From Turicibacter sp. TJ11 (lineage in GTDB: Bacteria; Bacillota_I; Bacilli_A; MOL361; Turicibacteraceae), in the NCBI RefSeq assembly GCF_021497505.1, contig NZ_CP069349.1, positions 179,861 to 211,860 of the forward strand: a DNA stretch of 32,000 nucleotides. The letters run 5' to 3'. The notes beneath the pieces are model-generated. The model was not told the DNA's origin. It searched no databases and worked only from the letters and a program-made list of their open reading frames with translations. Made by a program: the position numbers and the translations under genes. Shown piece by piece: positions 8,244 to 16,602 of the stretch. Position 1 is the stretch's first letter, and every line of letters begins with the position of its first letter.

Positions 8244-10934
8244 ATGCGAGATAAGTCTAAATACACACCCATGATGCAGCAATATTTGACTATCAAGGAA
8301 AATTATCAAGATGCTTTTGTCTTTTTTAGACTAGGTGATTTTTATGAATTATTTTTTGAAGATGCACAGTTAGCTGCCAAGGAGTTAGAAATTGCATTAA
8401 CTGGACGTGAAGCGGGAGCAGAAGAACGCGTTCCGATGTGTGGGGTTCCTCATCATTCGGCAGAAAATTATATTAATCGTTTAATTGAACGTGGATATAA
8501 AGTGGCGGTTTGTGAACAGGTTGAAGATCCGGCGAGTGCCAAAGGGGTTGTCCGTCGTGAAGTTGTGCGCTTATTAACGCCAGGAACAGTCATGAATCAA
8601 ACGGCTTTAAATGAAAAAGAAAATAACTTTATTTTATCAATTGTTGCTTTTGAAGATGCCTATGCAGTTGCTTATAGTGATTTATCAACGGGAGAAAACT
8701 ATGCGATGCGTCTACCAAAAGAAAATCAAGTTCTAATTGGAGAACTTATTAGCTTAGGTTGTAAGGAAATTGTTATTGGTTCAGAAATAGAGACAGCCAT
8801 GTTTGATAATTTACGTGCCCTAAGACAAATTGTTTTATCATACGAAGAAGAGTGTCTCATTCCAATTGAATATCAACTTTTAGTTGATGAAATAAATGAT
8901 GATTATTTAAAACAAGCATTTGGTCGATTAGTAAGCTACTTAGTTCGTACACAAAAAAGTGCACTCGGACATTTACAACCGATTAGCTTAACTAAAAACG
9001 AAGATTATTTAAGTATTGATTACAATTCACGTCGAAATTTAGAATTAACAGAAACCATTCGTTCAAAGTCTCGTCAAGGTTCTTTACTTTGGCTATTAGA
9101 TAAAACAAAAACAGCGATGGGAAGTCGTTTACTTAAGCAATGGATTGAACGCCCATCGATTAGTGAACCATTAATTAATGAGCGCCTAGATGTAGTTCAA
9201 GCATTTATGAATGATTTTATGATCAAAGAAGAATTAAAACGTCATTTAGATGAAGTGTATGATTTAGAACGCTTAGCGGGTCGAATTGCCTTTGGAAATG
9301 CCAATGCTCGTGATTTATTGCAACTTCATTCCTCGCTTAATCAAATTCCACACATTAAAGCTTTATTGAATCAATTAGCCATGCCATCGATCGATCATCA
9401 ACTAAATAAGCTAGTTGATTGCTCTCACATTACGTCTATTTTAGAAAAGGCCATTGTTGAAAATCCCCCAATTAATATTAAGGAAGGTGGCATTATTAAA
9501 GATGGCTATCATGAAACGTTAGATGAATATCGCTACATCGTCACGCATGGAAAGGAATGGATTTTAGCGTTAGAAGCGGCTGAGCGTGAAAAAACAGGGA
9601 TTCGTTCTTTAAAGATTAAGTATAACAAAGTATTTGGTTACTATATTGAAATTAGTAAAGCTAACTTACACTTAATCCCAGATGATGCGGGATATGAGCG
9701 TAAACAAACGTTAGTAAATGCGGAACGCTTTATAACAGAGGAGCTAAAAGAAAAAGAGAATCTTATTTTAAATGCGGAAGAAAAATCAATCCAATTAGAA
9801 TATGAATTATTTACTGAATTACGTCAAATGGTGAAGAATGAAATTCCTAAAATTCAGCAAATTGCAAAAGTTATGGCTTATTTTGATGTTTTACAATCAT
9901 TTGCAACAGTGAGCGAAGAACATCGTTACGTCCGTCCAATGTTAAATCATCATCATGTCATTGAAATTAAAGATGGTCGTCATCCAGTAGTTGAAAAGGT
10001 ATTAAAAGGAACGCAGTATGTTGAAAATGACTGCATCATGCCAGAGGATTTATCAATTTTATTAATTACAGGCCCAAATATGTCCGGAAAATCAACGTAT
10101 ATGCGTCAATTAGCGCTGATTTCAATTATGGCTCAAATTGGATGTTATGTGCCAGCAAGTTCTGCTAATGTTCCTATTTTTGATCAAATCTTCACACGAA
10201 TTGGAGCGGCCGATGATTTAGTTTCGGGTCATAGTACATTTATGGTTGAGATGATGGAAACCAACTATGCCTTAGAACATGCGACAAAGGATAGTTTGAT
10301 CTTACTTGATGAAATTGGACGAGGGACAGCAACGTTTGATGGAATGGCGTTAGCTCAATCTATTATTGAATATGTCCATGATAAAGTAGGAGCTAAAACA
10401 TTATTTTCAACGCATTATCATGAATTAACCCAACTTGAAGAAAAGTGTGATCACTTAGAAAATCGTCATGTTCGTGCTGAAGAGCATGAAGGACAACTTA
10501 TTTTTATGCATAAATTGATGGAAGGACCATCAGATAAAAGTTATGGAATTCATGTGGCTGAGATTGCGAAGCTCCCATCTAGTCTTATTGCTCGTGCTAA
10601 ACAGTTATTAGATGTTTTAGAAAAAGATAAAACTACCATTCAAACGTCATTAGAAACGGCTGTCAAAGAGGAAGACCGATCAGTTCTCACTTCATCTGAG
10701 CCGATCATTAAAACAGAGCCAGTTTTAGAAGGAGAGCAAGGTCAGTTATCATTATTTGAAGTAGCCGAAGCGAAGAAAAAGGTAGCACCTAAGACAGAAG
10801 TAAAAGTAGAATATGTCAATCCATATGAAGATATTATTAATGAGCTGGATCAAATTGATTTATATCAATTAACGCCGATGCAGGCGATGAATATGATGTA
10901 TGAGTTAAAGGTGAAGATGAATCAAAGAAAGTAG
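8244..10934 (+). CDS. mutS: DNA mismatch repair protein MutS
   Basis: TPMMQQYL N-terminus, Walker A GPNMSGKST, DEIGRGT, STHYHEL. C-terminal QLSLF matches the beta-clamp-binding motif. The ATG at 8244 lies 8 nt after AGGAG; the TTG at 8238 in the track is less likely. Confidence 0.96.
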   Translation: MRDKSKYTPMMQQYLTIKENYQDAFVFFRLGDFYELFFEDAQLAAKELEIALTGREAGAEERVPMCGVPHHSAENYINRLIERGYKVAVCEQVEDPASAKGVVRREVVRLLTPGTVMNQTALNEKENNFILSIVAFEDAYAVAYSDLSTGENYAMRLPKENQVLIGELISLGCKEIVIGSEIETAMFDNLRALRQIVLSYEEECLIPIEYQLLVDEINDDYLKQAFGRLVSYLVRTQKSALGHLQPISLTKNEDYLSIDYNSRRNLELTETIRSKSRQGSLLWLLDKTKTAMGSRLLKQWIERPSISEPLINERLDVVQAFMNDFMIKEELKRHLDEVYDLERLAGRIAFGNANARDLLQLHSSLNQIPHIKALLNQLAMPSIDHQLNKLVDCSHITSILEKAIVENPPINIKEGGIIKDGYHETLDEYRYIVTHGKEWILALEAAEREKTGIRSLKIKYNKVFGYYIEISKANLHLIPDDAGYERKQTLVNAERFITEELKEKENLILNAEEKSIQLEYELFTELRQMVKNEIPKIQQIAKVMAYFDVLQSFATVSEEHRYVRPMLNHHHVIEIKDGRHPVVEKVLKGTQYVENDCIMPEDLSILLITGPNMSGKSTYMRQLALISIMAQIGCYVPASSANVPIFDQIFTRIGAADDLVSGHSTFMVEMMETNYALEHATKDSLILLDEIGRGTATFDGMALAQSIIEYVHDKVGAKTLFSTHYHELTQLEEKCDHLENRHVRAEEHEGQLIFMHKLMEGPSDKSYGIHVAEIAKLPSSLIARAKQLLDVLEKDKTTIQTSLETAVKEEDRSVLTSSEPIIKTEPVLEGEQGQLSLFEVAEAKKKVAPKTEVKVEYVNPYEDIINELDQIDLYQLTPMQAMNMMYELKVKMNQRK

Positions 10935-10941
10935 GTGACTT

Positions 10942-12803
10942 ATGGGGAAAATAATGCGTATGAGTGAGCAATTAGCCAATATGATTGCAGCGGGAGAAGT
11001 AATTGAACGTCCCGCTTCAGTCGTTAAAGAGTTGCTTGAGAATGCGATTGATGCCAAAAGTACAAGTATTGAAATTCATTTACAAGATTCTGGGGTTCGT
11101 CAAATTAAAGTCATCGATAATGGTGAGGGGATGAGTGAAGAAGACGCTCATCTTGCCTTTGAACGTCATGCCACTAGTAAGGTTAAAACACAGTACGATA
11201 TTTTTCGAATTCAAACATTAGGATTTAGAGGAGAAGCACTTCCTTCGATTGCTTCAGTTTCAGATGTTCATGTGAAGACGTCAGATGGAATGAAAAGTGG
11301 ACTTCATCTAAACATTAAAGGTGGAGAAGTCTTATCCTCTAAGCCCGGTGTGATGCGTAAAGGAACAGAGATGGAAGTCAATCATCTATTTTTTAATACG
11401 CCTGCTCGATTAAAACATATTAAATCATTAAATACAGAATTAAGTCATATTACGGATTATATTAATAAGATTGCTCTTTCATATCCTGAGATTTCGTTTA
11501 AATTATTTAATAATCAACGATTACTCTTTCAAACGAATGGACAAAATAATTTACAAAGTGTGATTTCTAACGTTTATGGGTTTGATATTGCAAAAAAATG
11601 CTACCTTTTTCAGCGCAAAGTGATGGCTATGAAATATCCGGTTTTATTAGTGATCCGATTATAAATCGAGCCTCTCGAAATTATGTGACACTGATTGTAA
11701 ATGGTCGTGCGATTCGAAACTATAATTTAACGCGTTCCATTTTAGAAGCTTATCATACGCTTCTTCCTAAAGATAAATATCCCATTGTGGTTCTCAATTT
11801 AAAACTAGATCCGATTTTAGTGGACGTTAATGTTCATCCAGCTAAACTAGAAGTCCGTTTTTCGCAAGAAGAAAGGTTAAAAACCTTTATTTATACAGAA
11901 ATAAAAAAGGTGTTAAAAACAATTGACTACATCCCCCAAACGGAATTGTCAATTGAAAGAACTAAAGAAGTTATTAAACCTGTTCAAGAAACGTTAAGCT
12001 TTCAGGTCTCTAACCAGTTAACCAAACCAATCATCTCGTCGTCATTTGAAAAAGAATCCACGCTCTTAAAGTCGACGACACCACTCGTTGAAGAGATAAG
12101 AGAAAGTCAAGAAGTGATAAAGGTAAACGAGAACAATCTTAATGACCATGATAGAGAGGTTACGTTTAAACAAGAGGAAAAAGATGAACTTAAACTAGTT
12201 GCCCCAACTCAAAAGAAGGAAACCACTTTAGAGCTTTATTATATTGGTCAACTTCATGGGACGTATTTATTAGCACAGAATCAAGAGGGATTATTTATTG
12301 TTGATCAACATGCGGCCATGGAACGTGTTCAATATGAAAAAAACTATCGCTTATTAGCAGATGTAAATTCAGATAATTTTGAGTTACTCATTCCATTAGT
12401 TTTAAAGTATTCAACGAATGAGTTATTACTTTTAAAAGAGGCGTTACCTTCTTTAATGGAATTTGGATTTGAGATTGAAGAGTTTGGTGGTCAATCGGTT
12501 GTTGTTCGTTCCGTTCCGATTTGGGCACAGAAATTAGATGCAAAGTTAATCGTTGAAACGATTTTAAATCAAATTATTTTAGATAATAAAGTTGATATTG
12601 GAAAGTTACGTGAATCGGTGGCTATTATGATGAGTTGTAAAGGTTCAATTAAAGCCAATCAATACATTAATGAGTATGAAATCAAAGAATTATTACAAAG
12701 TCTTTGTGATTGTGAACAGCCATATACTTGTCCGCACGGACGTCCGATCATTGTCAAAATGACAAAACATGAAATTGAAAAATTGTTTAAACGTGTGATG
12801 TAG
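10942..12803 (+). pseudogene. mutL: DNA mismatch repair endonuclease MutL, interrupted by a 1-nt frameshift in an A7 run (11592-11598). As written it is split into 10942..11664 and 11598..12803.
   Basis: The N-terminal piece has the GHKL ATPase motifs (IAAGEVIERPASVVKELLENAIDA, DNGEGM). The C-terminal piece has the DQHAAMERVQYE endonuclease motif, SCK and CPHGRP. The two frames join at GCA AAA AAA|ATG. One extra A, or a -1 slip, gives the conserved ...YGFDIAKKMLPF.... Confidence 0.9.
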
Positions 12804-12812
12804 GTGAATAAG

Positions 12813-13724
12813 ATGAATGTGTTATGTATCGTTGGACCAACAGCAGTTGGAAAGACAAAGATGAGTATTGAATTAGCCAAACAACTAAATGGTGAAATTA
12901 TTAGTGGGGATTCCATGCAAATTTATCGTGGAATGGATATTGGAACCGCAAAAGCTACATTAGAGGAACGACAAGGAATTATTCATCATCTGATTGATGA
13001 AAAAAATCCGGATGAGTCTTATTCTGTGGCAGCTTTTCAACAAACGGTTCGTGCGAAAATTGCTGAGATTCAATCTCGTGGAAAACTTCCGATTATTGTA
13101 GGAGGAACAGGTCTTTATATTAAAAGTGTTTTATATGACTACGAATTTGCGGGTGAATCTGAGTCAAAAGAAGTAGATGAAAAGAAGTATGGTCATCTAA
13201 CAAACGAAGAATTACATGCTAAATTAGCTGCTGTTGATGAGGCGGGTGCTAAAGAGATTCATCCAAACAATCGAAAGCGTGTGATTCGTGCGCTTGAAAT
13301 TTATGAAACATCAGGAGTTAAAAAATCAGAGATGATTGAACGCCAAGAACATCAGATGATCTATGATGCGTGTTTGATTGGGTTAACAGATGACCGCAGG
13401 GCTTTGTATGATCGAATTAATAGGCGAGTGGATGTGATGTATGAACAGGGGCTTGTTGAAGAAGTGAAAGCTTTATTTGATCAAAATATTCCTGAAAGTG
13501 CTCAGTCTATTCGTGCCATAGGATATAAAGAACTTTACGACTACTTTAAAGGTTTAATTTCTTTAGAGGAGAGTAAAGAGTTAATTAAGCGTAATTCACG
13601 TCGTTATGCTAAACGTCAGTATACGTGGTTTAATAATCAGATGGATGTGACTTGGTTTGATGTGAATGTTAATGACTTTAATCAAACGGTTCAAGAGGTC
13701 TTAACATGTGTTAAGAATCAATAA
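12813..13724 (+). CDS. miaA: tRNA dimethylallyltransferase
   Basis: P-loop GPTAVGKT and conserved MiaA blocks (SGDSMQIYRGMDIGTAK, GGTGLY, RQYTWF). The ATG at 12813 lies 5 nt after AGGTGA; the track GTG at 12804 sits inside the RBS. Confidence 0.93.
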   Translation: MNVLCIVGPTAVGKTKMSIELAKQLNGEIISGDSMQIYRGMDIGTAKATLEERQGIIHHLIDEKNPDESYSVAAFQQTVRAKIAEIQSRGKLPIIVGGTGLYIKSVLYDYEFAGESESKEVDEKKYGHLTNEELHAKLAAVDEAGAKEIHPNNRKRVIRALEIYETSGVKKSEMIERQEHQMIYDACLIGLTDDRRALYDRINRRVDVMYEQGLVEEVKALFDQNIPESAQSIRAIGYKELYDYFKGLISLEESKELIKRNSRRYAKRQYTWFNNQMDVTWFDVNVNDFNQTVQEVLTCVKNQ

Positions 13725-13793
13725 AAGCATTTGAAAATTTTTTGCTAGAGTTTTATAACTTGAAATGGTTCAATTGAATTTCAAGAGAATATT

Positions 13794-13826
13794 AAAAGGG
13801 CTATCTTCTAATAAGATAGCCCTTTT
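13794..13826. terminator. Bidirectional terminator between convergent miaA and the nitroreductase gene
   Basis: AAAAGGGCTATCTT/AAGATAGCCCTTTT perfect stem, with an A-run on one side and a T-run on the other. Confidence 0.8.
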
Positions 13827-13845
13827 AATTATATTTAGCAGTTAT

Positions 13846-14484
13846 TTAATCAATAAAGGTAATGACGTCTTCTAATGGTTTACGCGCAGGTTGAGGAGGG
13901 GTTTTCTCTTCAGGGACACCTAATGAAATCATAGACATTAACTCATAACCTTCTTTTTCAAATCCAATTAAGGCTTCAATGTCTTTTTTTGCATGAGTAG
14001 GACCTGTCATATAGCAAGTTCCATATCCCATTTCAGAGGCAGCCAATAAAAAGTTTTCAACGGCAGCACCAATAGCTTGAGCACCAGATTGAGGAGAAAC
14101 TAAAACGTCTAATATTTCTTGAGGAGCATCGTTTTCTTTTAAAATTTTATATTCAATCATCTTATACTCACAACCATAAACCAAGATAACAACAGGTGCG
14201 TCTTTAAAGCAAGTATAGTAATTGATGACACTCATATGTCTAGTATAATCTCTTTCATTTTTAGCTAGATTACCAATGGTTTGATGACTTTTTGTCACTA
14301 GATCTGCCATTTCATGAATCAGTTTTTTATTTTGTAAGATGACAAAATGCCAGTTTTGTTGGTGTTTTGGTGAGGGTGCATAAGTAGCTGCTTTTAAAAG
14401 CTCAAGAATATCTTGTTTAGGGATTGGTGTATCTTTAAATTTTCTTATACTTTTTCGTTGATAAATAAAATCTAAATTAGCCAT
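13846..14484 (-). CDS. Nitroreductase-family (FMN-dependent) oxidoreductase
   Basis: MANLDFIYQRKSIRKF... is a typical nitroreductase N-terminus, and ...GYGTCYM.. is a conserved C-terminal block. The ATG at 14484 is preceded by AAGGAGAG. The candidate promoter lies inside the longer track ORF, which argues against the 14553 start. Confidence 0.85.
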   Translation of the reverse strand: MANLDFIYQRKSIRKFKDTPIPKQDILELLKAATYAPSPKHQQNWHFVILQNKKLIHEMADLVTKSHQTIGNLAKNERDYTRHMSVINYYTCFKDAPVVILVYGCEYKMIEYKILKENDAPQEILDVLVSPQSGAQAIGAAVENFLLAASEMGYGTCYMTGPTHAKKDIEALIGFEKEGYELMSMISLGVPEEKTPPQPARKPLEDVITFID

Positions 14485-14524
14485 AGACGTCTCTCCTTTA
14501 TAAAGTCGATTTAATATTAAACCG

Positions 14525-14553
14525 ATTTTATATTGTTTTGAAGTATTTGTCAA
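14525..14553 (-). promoter_or_regulatory. Candidate sigmaA promoter of the nitroreductase gene (TTGACA-17-TAAAAT on the minus strand)
   Basis: Minus-strand TTGACA at 14553-14548 and TAAAAT at 14530-14525, separated by a 17-nt spacer. Confidence 0.5.
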
Positions 14554-14693
14554 TTTGAGATTTCATGATTAATAAGCAGTTATCTGTTTAAAACGTTAAA
14601 CAGCGTATATTTTAGATCTAAAAGTGGAATAAATTTGATTGATTTTTCAGAAGATGAAGTTAAAACATAGAAAAATGAATATTGTGTTTAAAA

Positions 14694-14732
14694 AGAAAAA
14701 AGATATAGGATTTTTTAATCCTATATCTTTTA
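14694..14732 (-). terminator. Rho-independent terminator of lexA
   Basis: Perfect 10-bp stem AGATATAGGA/TCCTATATCT (14701-14710/14719-14728). On the minus strand it is followed by a T-rich run (TTTTTTCTTTTT). Confidence 0.75.
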
Positions 14733-14748
14733 TAGACAAAAAATAAAA

Positions 14749-15399
14749 TTAATGCATCGTTCTAAATAGGCCAATAACTTTACCAACGATGGTAACATCT
14801 TTAGCAATAATAGGTTCTAGTAAATCATTTTCAGGTTGTAAACGAATGTAATTGGCTTCTTTAAAGAAACGCTTCACAGTAACTTCATGATCTTCAGCTA
14901 ACATAGCAACGACAATGTCACCATTTAAAGCATCTTGCTGTTGTTGGACGATGATTTGATCGCCATCATGAATTCCAGCATTGATCATAGAATCACCACG
15001 AACATTTAGCATAAATACTTGCTGATTAGTTGGGATTAAATGTGTCGGAAGAGGAAAGAAATCGTCAGGATTTTCAATCGCTTCAATAGGCGTTCCTGCT
15101 GTTACTTTACCAATGACCGGAACATTAATTACCGATTTTAATTCAATGACATTTGAATTTTGTTTCGTTTGTTCTTCTTTAGATTCAGGCGACAAAATAA
15201 CAATTCCTCGTGTTGTTGACTTATCTTTTCGAATTAGTCCCTTTTTTTCAAGTTGATTTAACTGATTGTGTACAGATGCTGTTGATGAAAGTCCAACAGC
15301 TAATCCGATTTCACGAACACTAGGTGGATACCCACGTTTATCAACCTCTTCTTTAATGAAATCAAGAATGGCCTGTTGGCGTTTGGTGATCGGTTTCAT
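14749..15399 (-). CDS. lexA: LexA repressor (SOS regulon transcriptional repressor/autopeptidase)
   Basis: 216 aa with an N-terminal winged HTH (YPPSVREIG), the Ala-Gly cleavage site (VTAGTP), catalytic Ser (GDSM) and Lys (TVKRF). Confidence 0.96.
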   Translation of the reverse strand: MKPITKRQQAILDFIKEEVDKRGYPPSVREIGLAVGLSSTASVHNQLNQLEKKGLIRKDKSTTRGIVILSPESKEEQTKQNSNVIELKSVINVPVIGKVTAGTPIEAIENPDDFFPLPTHLIPTNQQVFMLNVRGDSMINAGIHDGDQIIVQQQQDALNGDIVVAMLAEDHEVTVKRFFKEANYIRLQPENDLLEPIIAKDVTIVGKVIGLFRTMH

Positions 15400-15430
15400 G
15401 TTTTCTAACCTCCTTCCGTTTAATAAGTTA

Positions 15431-15459
15431 ATTATATCAGTAAATGGTTATGAAAGCAA
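15431..15459 (-). promoter_or_regulatory. Candidate lexA promoter (TTGCTT-17-TATAAT on the minus strand), overlapped by LexA box 1
   Basis: Minus-strand TATAAT at 15436-15431 and TTGCTT at 15459-15454, separated by a 17-nt spacer. Confidence 0.55.
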
Positions 15460-15470
15460 ACATTCGTTCT
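15457..15470. promoter_or_regulatory. LexA (Cheo) box 1: CAAACATTCGTTCT
   Basis: AAAC-N4-GTTC, one mismatch to GAAC-N4-GTTC. It overlaps the -35 of the lexA promoter, as expected for autoregulation. Confidence 0.7.
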
Positions 15471-15475
15471 TTTTA

Positions 15476-15504
15476 TTGACAACGAACAAATGTTCTAATA
15501 TAAT
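15476..15504 (+). promoter_or_regulatory. Consensus sigmaA promoter TTGACA-17-TATAAT driving the small ORF-ynzC operon
   Basis: TTGACA at 15476-15481 and TATAAT at 15499-15504, with an exact 17-nt spacer that contains LexA box 2. Confidence 0.75.
15483..15496. promoter_or_regulatory. LexA (Cheo) box 2: CGAACAAATGTTCT
   Basis: Perfect CGAAC-N4-GTTC located in the promoter spacer. Confidence 0.85.
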
Positions 15505-15516
15505 ATTTCTGTAAAT

Positions 15517-15530
15517 CGAACATTTGTTTT
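15517..15530. promoter_or_regulatory. LexA (Cheo) box 3: CGAACATTTGTTTT
   Basis: CGAAC-N4-GTTT, one mismatch. It lies just downstream of the predicted transcription start, in the 5' leader. Confidence 0.7.
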
Positions 15531-15548
15531 AAAAAAAGAGGGATTAAG

Positions 15549-15722
15549 ATGTTTAATAAAATTTGTTTAACCATTTATTCATATCGTTGTTTAATTGGGA
15601 TTTATTTTTTTGGAATTGGATTACTAGGATTATGTTTTGTTGACTTAAGTATGTTGTTAGAAAGTTTTAAGCCTCAAGCAATTATTCCTTTTTTAGAAGT
15701 TATTGCTTATCAATTGAAATGA
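15549..15722 (+). CDS. Hypothetical 57-aa small membrane protein under LexA control (below the ORF-track size cut-off); positional analogue of the SOS cell-division inhibitors YneA/SosA
   Basis: ATG at 15549 lies about 7 nt after GAGGGA; TGA at 15720-15722. Translation: MFNKICLTIYSYRCLIGIYFFGIGLLGLCFVDLSMLLESFKPQAIIPFLEVIAYQLK, with one clear hydrophobic helix. It sits between the LexA-boxed promoter and ynzC. Confidence 0.55.
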   Translation: MFNKICLTIYSYRCLIGIYFFGIGLLGLCFVDLSMLLESFKPQAIIPFLEVIAYQLK

Positions 15723-15764
15723 AATTTGGTATATTAATGAGGAATCATTAATGGAGGTAACGAC

Positions 15765-16007
15765 ATGTTAACAGCAGATAAATTAAATCGTCTCAATGAA
15801 TTAGCTAAAAAGAAAAAACTTGGAACAATCACGGATGAAGAGTTGAAAGAACAACAAGTCTTACGTGAAGAATATTTAATGACATTTAGAGAAAGTATGA
15901 AAAATACAATTGAGAATGTTAAAGTCATTGATCCAAACGGTGAAGACGTAACACCTGAGAAATTAAAGCAAATTCAGGCTAAGCGAAAATCTGAAGAAAT
16001 TCATTAA
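15765..16007 (+). CDS. ynzC: UPF0291/DUF896 family protein (YnzC-like, member of the SOS-induced yneA operon in B. subtilis)
   Basis: 80 aa. LNRLNELAKKKK.G.IT.EE..EQQ.LR.EYL..FR.SMKNT...VKVIDP.G.DVTPEKLK closely parallels B. subtilis YnzC. RBS GGAGGT. Confidence 0.9.
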   Translation: MLTADKLNRLNELAKKKKLGTITDEELKEQQVLREEYLMTFRESMKNTIENVKVIDPNGEDVTPEKLKQIQAKRKSEEIH

Positions 16008-16010
16008 AAT

Positions 16011-16046
16011 AAAAAAGACCTTTTCAACTAAGAAAAGGTCTTTTTT
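16011..16046. terminator. Bidirectional terminator between ynzC (+) and fer (-)
   Basis: GACCTTTTC/GAAAAGGTC stem (16017-16025/16032-16040) flanked by A6 and T6. Confidence 0.8.
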
Positions 16047-16055
16047 ACTATTTTA

Positions 16056-16223
16056 TTAAGCTTCTACGATTGAATCTGTTGGACAAACAGCTTCACAAGC
16101 GCAGCAGTCGATACATACATCTGCATCGATCACGTAGATATCTCCATCAGAAATACATTCTACTGGACATTCAGCAGCACATGAACCGCAAGCAATACAA
16201 GTATCTAAAATTTTACGTGGCAT
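16056..16223 (-). CDS. fer: 2x[4Fe-4S] ferredoxin (55 aa)
   Basis: MPRKILDTCIACGSCAAECP...CIDCCACEAVCP carries two CxxCxxCxxxCP motifs. The ATG at 16223 is preceded by AGGGAGGT. The 26 extra N-terminal residues in the track ORF have no RBS. Confidence 0.9.
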   Translation of the reverse strand: MPRKILDTCIACGSCAAECPVECISDGDIYVIDADVCIDCCACEAVCPTDSIVEA

Positions 16224-16254
16224 ACTAACTACCTCCCTAAAAAAGTACGGAATA

Positions 16255-16283
16255 ATTATAACATATTCGATCCGAATCTGTAA
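16255..16283 (-). promoter_or_regulatory. Candidate promoter of fer (TTACAG-17-TGtTATAAT on the minus strand)
   Basis: Minus-strand TATAAT at 16260-16255 with an extended -10 TG, and TTACAG at 16283-16278. The spacer contains the inverted repeat ATTCG-N3-CGAAT. Confidence 0.5.
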
Positions 16284-16545
16284 TCCTAATTGACGAAACA
16301 AGTAAGAAATAAAAGGTATTTGACGTTAAAATAAGAAAAATGTCATTTTATATTTTTAATCAGTTATATATAAGTCCAGATAAGTTTTTCATATCGTAAA
16401 AACTTTTAGCTGGACTATAGTCTGTCTTAGTATTAAAAAGAATTCCTAACTAATCCTGCTATAAAATGATGAAATATATTTCTGTTTCCATATAGAAAAA
16501 ATTTTACCAATAAAATGAAGAATAAGAACTTTTTTTTCTAAAATA

Positions 16546-16574
16546 TTGTAAAATTTTCGACAAAAGGGTATGAT
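16546..16574 (+). promoter_or_regulatory. Candidate promoter of tkt (TTGTAA-17-TATGAT)
   Basis: Hexamers at 16546-16551 and 16569-16574, about 30 nt upstream of the tkt RBS. Confidence 0.45.
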
Positions 16575-16602
16575 ATAGATGGTATAAAAGGAGGTCAATA
16601 AC

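Noticed and set aside
15266-15514. 82-aa plus-strand ORF overlapping the lexA 5' end and the SOS operator region
   Set aside because: It is antisense to lexA and runs through both promoters. It has no RBS, and the real plus-strand transcript starts downstream of most of it.
15734-15928. 64-aa minus-strand ORF opposite ynzC
   Set aside because: It is a shadow of the conserved ynzC CDS.
16264-16276. Inverted repeat ATTCG-N3-CGAAT in the spacer of the putative fer promoter
   Set aside because: It is short and matches no operator consensus I know (Rex, Fur, PerR). It is noted in the promoter feature only.
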